A DNA stretch of 64,000 nt from an uncultured Bifidobacteriaceae bacterium (lineage in GTDB: Bacteria > Acidobacteriota > Vicinamibacteria > Vicinamibacterales > UBA2999). This document shows positions 45,775 through 54,676 of this stretch, piece by piece. Location: NCBI GenBank assembly GCA_964505975.1, contig CAZDLW010000001.1, positions 25,576-89,575 on the forward strand, written 5' to 3'. A program made the position numbers and the translations under genes. The notes under the pieces were generated by a model. The model saw only the letters and a program-made list of their open reading frames with translations, ran no database searches and was not told the origin of the DNA. The first letter of the stretch is position 1. Every line of letters starts with the position of its first letter.

Positions 45775-46281
45775 TCAGAATTCGCGATAGTTGCCGAACT
45801 GGAGCGCCACACCGAAATCCCGCTCTCGCAGGAGGCGCATGACGTCCTGAAGGTCGTCCTTGGAGGGCGACGTGATCCGGAGCTGGTCGCCCTGAATGGC
45901 GGCCTGGACCTTCTTCAGTCTGGCGTCCTTGATGAACTTCACGACTTCGCGCGCCCGATCCGAGGGGATGCCCTGCTGCAGCGCGATGTCCTGTCGTACG
46001 GTGCTGTTGGCGGCGGGCACGACGGCACCCCGCGTGAGGTTCTTGACCGGCACGTTCCGGCGGACGAGGCGTGTCTGAACGATCTCCCAGAGGGCGTTCA
46101 ACCGGAAGTCGTCGTCGGCGACGAGGACCAGCTTCGAGTTCTTCGCATCGAAATCGATCGACGCTTTCGCGCCCTTGAAGTCATAGCGCTGTGCCACTTC
46201 CTTCCGCGCCTGATTCAAGGCGTTGTCGACTTCCTGCAGATCGACATGAGAGGTGATGTCGAACGAACACTGCGTCGCCAT
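45775..46281 (-). CDS. yajQ: YajQ-family nucleotide (c-di-GMP)-binding protein
   Basis: MATQCSFDITSHVDLQEVDNALNQARKEVAQRYDFKG is a near-consensus YajQ N-terminus. ~168 aa. Confidence 0.9.
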   Translation of the reverse strand: MATQCSFDITSHVDLQEVDNALNQARKEVAQRYDFKGAKASIDFDAKNSKLVLVADDDFRLNALWEIVQTRLVRRNVPVKNLTRGAVVPAANSTVRQDIALQQGIPSDRAREVVKFIKDARLKKVQAAIQGDQLRITSPSKDDLQDVMRLLRERDFGVALQFGNYREF

Positions 46282-46354
46282 GTGTTGCACATGTTAGCAC
46301 TGCCGATCGACGCGCTCGTCGCGATCGTGGAGAGCCATGCGAAGGCATCCGATC

Positions 46355-48306
<1,952 letters not shown>

Positions 48307-48310
<4 letters not shown>

Positions 48311-48825
48311 TCCTCGTTCCCCTCCTGCACGATGTACGCAATCTGGAGCAGTCTCGAGCTGATCCGTACTCCCACTCGTGCCGCCGCCGCCGGACTGATC
48401 TGAAACCTGACGTTGTTGTCCTCGATGACGAAGTTGACGATGCCTCCGGATGCGATGAAATCAGGCGTTTCGCCGACGGTGAGCGTCGGTGTCCCCGCCG
48501 CGGCGCGGAGATAGGCCCCCATCGCAGCGCCTCGGGGCACGAAGACGACCTCGCACCCTGGCTCCGGCGAGAGAATGACACGCGTACGGATAGGTCGGTC
48601 GCGGACCGTCTCCCCGCTGACGGTTTCCTCGAGCACGGAGCCGAAGGGGTTGCGTCCGGCGACGCAGATGGTGATCGGGCCAGTCGAGGCGCCGTCGGGC
48701 CAGTCGACGAAGTTGAGGAACTGATACAGAAACGCCGCCTTGACGCGATACTCGGTGGATACCTCCTGCCCTCCGGCGAAGGCGCTACACAAGCCCACGA
48801 GCAGGAAGGGCAGGATGCGTGCCAC
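48307..48825 (-). CDS. YfiR-family (DUF4154) periplasmic protein
   Basis: It has a signal peptide and YRVKAAFLYQFLNFVDWP, which is characteristic of YfiR/DUF4154. Confidence 0.75.
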
Positions 48826-48855
48826 GTCAGCACCAGCCCGGCGTTGCCGCCCCTC

Positions 48856-49030
48856 GTCCTTCGACTGTCGCTCGGGACAACCCCGAGTGGGGTCGAGCTG
48901 TCCTTCGACTAACGCTCAGGACTACCCTGATCGGAGTTGAGCGGTGTCCTTCGACTCGCACTCCGGATAACCTCAGTCGGGGTCGACGCGTGTCCTTCGA
49001 CTCTCGTCGAGGACACCCGCGGGCGACGTC
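48856..49030. repeat. Four-unit degenerate tandem repeat (~44-46 bp units)
   Basis: GTCCTTCGACT begins at 48856, 48900, 48946 and 48992. The units share GTCCTTCGACTnnCGCTCnGGAC....GGGGTCGA. Confidence 0.8.
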
Positions 49031-49406
49031 CAGGAGTGGCATCCCTGCCGGTCCCCGTGGCCGGTTTGCCGTAGCTCGTGGCCGCGCATCGCGGGAGGGA
49101 GGAGGAGGGGGCGGCATCGATGAACGGGGCAGTGTAGCGTGTCTCATTCGTACGGGCAAAACACTGGCGCACCCGAGCCCATGCAGAGTGCGGACCGGAC
49201 AGGTCACCTGTGCATCCCTCTTCGATGAGCTTTGCCCCGACCCGTTGACCATGCGGCGGTGCTGCCCCGCCAGCGAGCGTGACGACCGGACCTGTGCGAG
49301 ACGGACGGAACGTTCCGACGAGTGTCGCCACCGACTGGTCCGTTGCAGGCCGCGTGCCTTGCCCCTCAGCTGGACGCGCGCCGGCACCAACGCTGCTGTC
49401 CCGCTA

Positions 49407-49492
49407 GACGGCTTGAACGGCCAGAATCCTTACGAATGAGTCAAGTTTTCGGACCGGCCGTTCAAGACGTCTCGCCCGCACGGAGTGCGGGC
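49407..49492. other. Two adjacent strong hairpins in a non-coding region
   Basis: 49407-49422 pairs with 49456-49471 (15/16, 33-nt loop). 49474-49481 pairs with 49485-49492 (8/8, GGA loop). Confidence 0.7.
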
Positions 49493-49506
49493 AGGAGATA
49501 CGGCCA

Positions 49507-49567
49507 ACCTAGCGAGGCGGAGCCGTCCCCGACATGCTCGCTGGTCTGAGGCGGAGCCTCGCTAGGT
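49507..49567 (-). repeat. Family-3 hairpin repeat, copy 3 (inverted)
   Basis: 12-bp helix 49507-49518/49556-49567. The reverse complement aligns with 24529-24592. Confidence 0.7.
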
Positions 49568-49591
49568 CCTGGCTCTACCGGGTTGCGAGCG

Positions 49592-49620
49592 TTGGAAGGC
49601 AGCTGGTTGCGCGTTATACT
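49592..49620 (+). promoter_or_regulatory. sigma70-like promoter candidate for the gvp-like locus
   Basis: TTGGAA (49592-49597), a 17-nt spacer, then TATACT (49615-49620), 84 nt upstream of ATG 49704. Confidence 0.4.
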
Positions 49621-49703
49621 TCGCCATTCGCGCGAGCCTCACGCCGCTCGGAGCGGCAGGAGTCGCATCGCGGGCCCCGCTGGACTGAGCGCATTTCTCC
49701 TGC

Positions 49704-50052
49704 ATGTCGATCGACCTGAGAACGACTCCGAGCCGTGGCAACGCCGGACTGGTCGACGTCCTCGATCGCGTGCTCGACAAGAGACTGGTGGTTGCTGGCG
49801 ACATCAAGGTGTCGTTGGCCGATGTCGAGCTGCCGCCTTCTGATCTGCTCGATGAACAAGGCCGAAGAGGTTGGTCTCGACTGGTGGAAGTACGACCGGC
49901 ATCTCTCGCCGGGCCGCGAGCAGATCGCACGGGAGAACGAGGCGCTTCGTGCGCAGGTGCGATCGCTCGAGCGTCGCCTGGCCAACGTGGCGGGGCCCCG
50001 CGTTGCGGAGGCTCTGGGCCACGACTCCAGAAAGGCACGACGACGACGATGA
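49704..50052 (+). pseudogene. GvpA/GvpJ-family gene disrupted by a frameshift/deletion
   Basis: Frame 0 encodes ...[28 protein letters not shown]. The homologous continuation RLLICSMNKAEEVGLDWWKYDRHLS... is in frame +1 from 49834 to stop 50052. Confidence 0.65.
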
Positions 50053-50126
50053 CGCTGCTTGGGGCGCGCGGAGCGCACCCGATTGATCGCAGCACGTGCG
50101 AGTGATCGCCCGAAGGAGCTTCAGGA

Positions 50127-50456
50127 ATGGCCGTGGAACGGGCAGCCGGAGGGACGAGTCTCATCGACGTCCTCGACCGAGTACTCGACAAGGGCATCGT
50201 CATCGATGCCTGGGTACGGGTGTCACTCGTGGGGATCGACCTCATCACCGTCGAAGCGCGTGTGGTCGTCGCGTCGATCGACACCTATTTGAAGTACTCC
50301 GAAGCCGTGGGCGCGGTGGGGTCAGCCGCCCGACCCACGCTGGAGCCGCTTCGACCGTATGACGAGCTCGCCGCGGAGAATGTCGTCTTGCGCGCCAAGC
50401 TCGCGAACGCCGCAACGGCGCGACGGTCCGTCCCGATTCGGCGTCGTCGATCGTAG
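50127..50456 (+). CDS. gvpA: Gas vesicle structural protein GvpA-family, with extended C-terminal tail
   Basis: [61 protein letters not shown] is a near-consensus GvpA core. A ~45-aa extra tail ends in RRRRS. Confidence 0.85.
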   Translation: MAVERAAGGTSLIDVLDRVLDKGIVIDAWVRVSLVGIDLITVEARVVVASIDTYLKYSEAVGAVGSAARPTLEPLRPYDELAAENVVLRAKLANAATARRSVPIRRRRS

Positions 50457-50618
50457 GCGGCCACGCCGGGACGCGACGGCGCAGCGCGAGCCTGCGCCGG
50501 CGCCGACTTTCGACCAGGCGTTGACGATGCTGTTGGAACGACGAGGCACCTGTGCGCAGTTGGTCACGGCTCCGCGTCGCGCCGGCTCGCCAGAGACCAC
50601 GAAGCGTTGCGCGATCAC

Positions 50619-52808
50619 ATGAACAATCCAACACGCTCGCTTCGCGTGCGCACGTCCGCGCGTCCGCCGCTCCGGACGGTCGACGATGCGGCCCGACTGG
50701 ACCTGCTCGAGCGCTGTCTCGAGCTTCGCGACGACCTCGTCCGCTGCGCGCAGGTTGGTCTGCAATGGCTCTCCGACAACCTGGGCATCACACGGGCGGT
50801 GTGTCTCGGCGTGAACGAGGAATCGAGCGCGCTCGTTGGTCTTGCCGGGCTCGGGGTGCCGTTTGGCGAAGTGGAGCGCTTTGCGTGGCCGTTGACCGAC
50901 GTCCACGATCCGCTCGTGGCTGCCATGGTGCGTCGGGAGCCGACGGTGCTTCGCGCCGGGCGGGGCAACGGTCATGCGTCGCGCGCCCTCCCGCGAACAT
51001 TGGTGGGGACTGGGGCGGTCGTGGCTGTACCGCTCCGCGGTGCGCACAACGCCGCCATGCGCGGAGACGCGGTGGGCCTCCTGCTGTTCCGTGGCACCGT
51101 GGCCGCTTCAGGCGATGTGGAGTGGTTCGCGTCGGTTCTCGGTCGGAAGATGGACCAGGTCCGCGACCGCGCTGGCCTCGCGAAGGAGTCGCAGCGGCTC
51201 CGGCGCGAGCGGGCCTTGTTCCTGACCATCATCAACGCCGTGCCCGACCCCGTACTGCTCACCGATACCGACGGCCGGCTCATTGTCGCCAACGCGCGTG
51301 CCGAGAAGCTGTTCGCCGCAACCGACGAGGAGAGTGACGGGCGTCGTCGTGCCGTGGAGCTCAACAATATGCTGCTCTCGGCAGCGCTCTCGCGGTCGAC
51401 GCTCGAAGCCTCCTTGGACGCACGGGAGTTGCTGCTCGTCGATCCCGGCGATGGATCGGACCTGCTGTTCGAATTGTTGAGCACGATCGTGCAGGATCCA
51501 CGCGAGGGCACGGGCGTCGTGTCCGTGCTGCGAAACGTCACGGATCTCCGCCGTGCGACCGAGCAGATCGAGGAGAACTACCAGAAGCTGCGTGTCGCCG
51601 AGGCCGCCGCACGGGCCGAGCGCGATCGCCTCAACCTGATCATCGACTCGGTTGCCGATCCCATCCTCGTCACGGACCAGAGCGGCGCCACGGTCCTGAT
51701 GAACGCACCCGCGGAAGAGCTGTTTGCGACACTGCCAGAGGCGGAGCGTCACTCACAGCAAGTCGTCCAGGCCAACGACGCGCACTTCTCCTCGTTCATC
51801 TCGGGTCTGCTGCTCGGCCAGACCGGTCCTGGAGAGACGCGACGCGGCGAGGTCAACCTGACGAATCCTCGAACGGGTGAACAGGTCCCCGTGGAAGCCA
51901 TCTGCGGCAAGGTCCTCACGGAAGCGGGCGAGCTCACCGCGGTCGTCACGATTCTGCACGATCGGAGGGAGGCAACCGAACGCGTGCGACTGTACGAGCA
52001 GTTGAAGACCGTCTCCGACGAGCTGCAGATGCGCGTGGAGGCCGCAACGGCCGAGTTATCCACCCAGAACGAGCTCCTGCGACGCCAGGCCCTGGAGCTC
52101 GAGCAGGCGTCGCGGCTCAAGTCGCAGTTTCTCGCCAACATGTCTCACGAGTTCCGTACACCGCTGAACGCCATCCTGGGATACACGCAGATGTTGCTGC
52201 AGGGGGTCAGCGGAGGTGTGGCACCGCCGGTCCGCCGTCAGCTCCAGCGGATCGACTCCAACGGGCGTCACCTCTTGACCATCATCAACGAGATCCTGGA
52301 CATTACCCGGATCGAGGCGGGCCGCATGCCGATGCAGGTCAGTGAATTCGACCTGAACGCACTCGTTCCCGAGGTCATGGCGGAGCTGGATCCGGTGATC
52401 GCCCGTTCGAGTCTCACGGTGACCACGCTGTTGGGGCCGCACCCGATGATCGTGCGGAGCGACCGGCAGAAGGTGAAGCAGATCGTCGTCAATCTCTTCA
52501 GCAATGCGCTGAAGTTCACTCCGGATGGCGAAGTCGACATTGCGATCAGCCTCGATCCCGTCGGCCGCACCGCCTCGGTGGCGGTGGCCGACACCGGGAT
52601 CGGCATCGCGCCCGAGCATCACGACAAGATCTTCGAGGACTTCCGGCAGGTCGATGACTCCCCGTCGCGTCCGTATGGCGGCGCGGGCCTCGGTCTTGCG
52701 ATCTGTCGCCGGTTGGCTCTGGCCCTGGGCGGGCGGATTTCCCTGCGCAGCGCGCCAGGCGAGGGATCGACGTTCACGCTCATGATTCCCACGGACCTCT
52801 CACCATGA
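50619..52808 (+). CDS. Cytoplasmic GAF/PAS sensor histidine kinase
   Basis: ATG 50619 within ORF 50607..52808. There are no TM segments. PAS-like segments are IINAVPDPVLLTDTDGRLIVANARAEKLF and IIDSVADPILVTDQSGATVLMNAPAEELF. It has H-box MSHEFRTPLNAILGY and HATPase motifs DTGIGI...GGAGLGLAICR. Confidence 0.85.
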   Translation: MNNPTRSLRVRTSARPPLRTVDDAARLDLLERCLELRDDLVRCAQVGLQWLSDNLGITRAVCLGVNEESSALVGLAGLGVPFGEVERFAWPLTDVHDPLVAAMVRREPTVLRAGRGNGHASRALPRTLVGTGAVVAVPLRGAHNAAMRGDAVGLLLFRGTVAASGDVEWFASVLGRKMDQVRDRAGLAKESQRLRRERALFLTIINAVPDPVLLTDTDGRLIVANARAEKLFAATDEESDGRRRAVELNNMLLSAALSRSTLEASLDARELLLVDPGDGSDLLFELLSTIVQDPREGTGVVSVLRNVTDLRRATEQIEENYQKLRVAEAAARAERDRLNLIIDSVADPILVTDQSGATVLMNAPAEELFATLPEAERHSQQVVQANDAHFSSFISGLLLGQTGPGETRRGEVNLTNPRTGEQVPVEAICGKVLTEAGELTAVVTILHDRREATERVRLYEQLKTVSDELQMRVEAATAELSTQNELLRRQALELEQASRLKSQFLANMSHEFRTPLNAILGYTQMLLQGVSGGVAPPVRRQLQRIDSNGRHLLTIINEILDITRIEAGRMPMQVSEFDLNALVPEVMAELDPVIARSSLTVTTLLGPHPMIVRSDRQKVKQIVVNLFSNALKFTPDGEVDIAISLDPVGRTASVAVADTGIGIAPEHHDKIFEDFRQVDDSPSRPYGGAGLGLAICRRLALALGGRISLRSAPGEGSTFTLMIPTDLSP

Positions 52809-53197
52809 CGGATCAGACTGCGCCGTTGATTCTCGTTGTCGACGATTACCAGGACGCCCGCGAGATGTACGCCGAGTACCTGCAGTTCTCCGGGTTCCGC
52901 GTCGCCGAGGCTCGCAACGGCAACGAAGCACTCGAGCAGGCCTTCGCGCTGCAGCCGGATCTCATCCTGATGGATTTGTCGCTGCCCGGCATGGACGGCT
53001 GGGAGGCCACACGACAGTTGAAGCGCGACGATCGCACCAGGCACACTCCGATCGTGGCCTTGACCGGTCATGCTCTGGCGGGCGCGTCGGAAGGCGCCCG
53101 AAGGGCGGGCTGCGATTCCTTCGTCACGAAGCCCTGCCTGCCGGACGATCTCGTGGTGGAGATTCGCCGGATGCTGGATGCCGTGAAGCACAGGTAG
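52805..53197 (+). CDS. Stand-alone CheY-like response regulator
   Basis: ATGA overlap with the kinase. Motifs ILVVDDYQDARE, LILMDLSLPGMDG, and a conserved Lys in FVTKP. Confidence 0.9.
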   Translation: MTDQTAPLILVVDDYQDAREMYAEYLQFSGFRVAEARNGNEALEQAFALQPDLILMDLSLPGMDGWEATRQLKRDDRTRHTPIVALTGHALAGASEGARRAGCDSFVTKPCLPDDLVVEIRRMLDAVKHR

Positions 53198-53243
53198 GAG
53201 CGGCGGCCCCGACCCGAACGACGCCCAACGACACGACGCGCAC

Positions 53244-54377
53244 ATGGCCAAGGCAAAGAATCGAGCCCCGGCACGTTCTTCCAGTCGCTCACCCCAGGGC
53301 AGGCCCGCGGGTGGCTCCGGGAGGAGCGGGCGAGTTCTCCGGAATGCGTCCAAGGAACGGACGGGCTCCGCGAGCGTGAATCCACGCACCGGCGTGCGCG
53401 CGTCGGTCCCACGGCGGACCTCCGCGGCCACGGATCCCGGGCGTGTGAATCGGGGGCGCGGCACTCGCGAGGTGCGCCCGGACGGCGGTGGCACTCTCGC
53501 CCGAGAGGCCACAGCACGAGCGAGCCGCGCGCGCGAATCGTTCGTCGCGGCGAACGAGACGAGCCCGGCTGTGTCACCGGCACCGCATGGGCAGAAAGCC
53601 GAGGCCGGCGACCATGGACGCTACGTCTACTGCATCATCCGCTCGACCAGCCCGCTGAGGTTCGGCCCAATCGGCATCGATGGACAGTCGCCGGAGGTGT
53701 ACACCGTCACCTACAAGGACATGGCCGCGGTCGTCTCCGACGTGCCCATCGCTCCACTGGACAGCACCAGGGAGCACGTGCTCGCGCACGAACGCGTGAA
53801 CGAGACCGTGATGCGCGGTCATACGGTCATCCCGATGTCCTTCGGCACGATCTTCAAGACGTCGGACGACATCGTCGAGCTCCTCCGGTCTGCCTACGAG
53901 GCGTTTGCGGACGTGCTCGACAAGATGCGCGACAAGCTGGAGTACGGCCTCAAAGTCCTGTGGGATCGCGACGAGATCGTGCGCGCCATCGAGCAGGAGG
54001 ACGAGGACATCCATCGGCTCAAGCGCGAGATCGCCTCGCAGAAGGGCTCGACGTATTTCGCGCGCATGCAGTACGGGCGGCTCATCGACACCGCGTTGCA
54101 GCATCGGTCGGAGCGGTACGTGGCCGAGTTCCTTCACCGACTGCGGAGCGTGTCCGTGGCTTCGCGGGTGAATCGCGCCATTGGCGACAAGATGATCATG
54201 AACGCCGCGTTTCTCGTGCAGCGCGATCAGGAGCGGGCGTTCGATCGGCGAATCAAGGAAATCGCGTCGGCGTTCGAGAGCCTGACGTTCAGGTATACGG
54301 GACCGTGGCCACCGTACAACTTCGTCAATATTCGGCTCAAGCTCGAGCGGGCGGGCCCGCCCGGAAAGACGGAGTGA
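53244..54377 (+). CDS. gvpF: GvpL/GvpF-family gas vesicle protein with Arg/Ser/Gly-rich N-terminal extension
   Basis: The core from YVYCIIRS (about nt 53619) to YTGPWPPYNFVNI matches GvpL_GvpF family motifs (AAVVSDV, VIPMSFGTIF). The first ~125 codons are low-complexity. An alternative GTG start is at 53571. Confidence 0.75.
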   Translation: MAKAKNRAPARSSSRSPQGRPAGGSGRSGRVLRNASKERTGSASVNPRTGVRASVPRRTSAATDPGRVNRGRGTREVRPDGGGTLAREATARASRARESFVAANETSPAVSPAPHGQKAEAGDHGRYVYCIIRSTSPLRFGPIGIDGQSPEVYTVTYKDMAAVVSDVPIAPLDSTREHVLAHERVNETVMRGHTVIPMSFGTIFKTSDDIVELLRSAYEAFADVLDKMRDKLEYGLKVLWDRDEIVRAIEQEDEDIHRLKREIASQKGSTYFARMQYGRLIDTALQHRSERYVAEFLHRLRSVSVASRVNRAIGDKMIMNAAFLVQRDQERAFDRRIKEIASAFESLTFRYTGPWPPYNFVNIRLKLERAGPPGKTE

Positions 54378-54378
54378 C

Positions 54379-54582
54379 GTGTTCGGTCTCGACTCCTTTC
54401 TCGGCTGGGTGCTACGCACCGTGACCGCTGCGGCACAGGCCGAGCTGAACGACGACTCGGAGCTGCGCGAACGGTTGCTGGAAGCCGAGCTCCGGCGTCA
54501 CGCGGGGGGGATCTCCGACAGCGACTTCACGGTCATCCCGATGTCCTTCGGCACGATCTTCAAGACGGCGGACGAGTTGTAA
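54379..54582 (+). CDS. gvpG: GvpG-like protein with a C-terminus replaced by a duplicated GvpF segment
   Basis: GTG start 1 nt after the gvpF stop. MFGLDSFLGWVLRTVTAAAQAELNDDSELRERLLEAELRRHAGGISDSDF resembles GvpG. The last 16 codons duplicate 53823-53869. Confidence 0.55.
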   Translation: MFGLDSFLGWVLRTVTAAAQAELNDDSELRERLLEAELRRHAGGISDSDFTVIPMSFGTIFKTADEL

Positions 54583-54611
54583 CGTGCGGGCGGGGGTCGC
54601 ATGCTCGAGGG

Positions 54612-54646
54612 ACGCGGGGCCTCGGGAGTGTCCCGAGGCCCCGCGT
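54612..54646. terminator. Bidirectional terminator-like hairpin between convergent genes
   Basis: Perfect 15-bp GC-rich stem ACGCGGGGCCTCGGG / CCCGAGGCCCCGCGT with a 5-nt loop. There is no U-tract. Confidence 0.55.
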
Positions 54647-54676
54647 GTGATCTGGACCGACGCGCGAGCGTCGTCC

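Noticed and set aside
48856-49030. Tandem repeat considered as a mini CRISPR array
   Set aside because: The units are contiguous ~45-bp degenerate copies without unique spacers between identical repeats. There are only four units, and no cas genes or leader are in the window.
49091-49113. G/A-rich tract GGGAGGGAGGAGGAGGGGGCGG considered as a G-quadruplex or giant Shine-Dalgarno
   Set aside because: It has only three runs of three or more G, no downstream start codon at a suitable distance, and I could not check conservation. It is mentioned only within the long-gap finding.
48819-49439. 206-aa + ORF and 187-aa - ORF (48827-49390) in the long intergenic gap
   Set aside because: Both cross the tandem repeat array, are dominated by Arg/Pro/Gly/Ser and have no start context or motifs. 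They are most likely non-coding.
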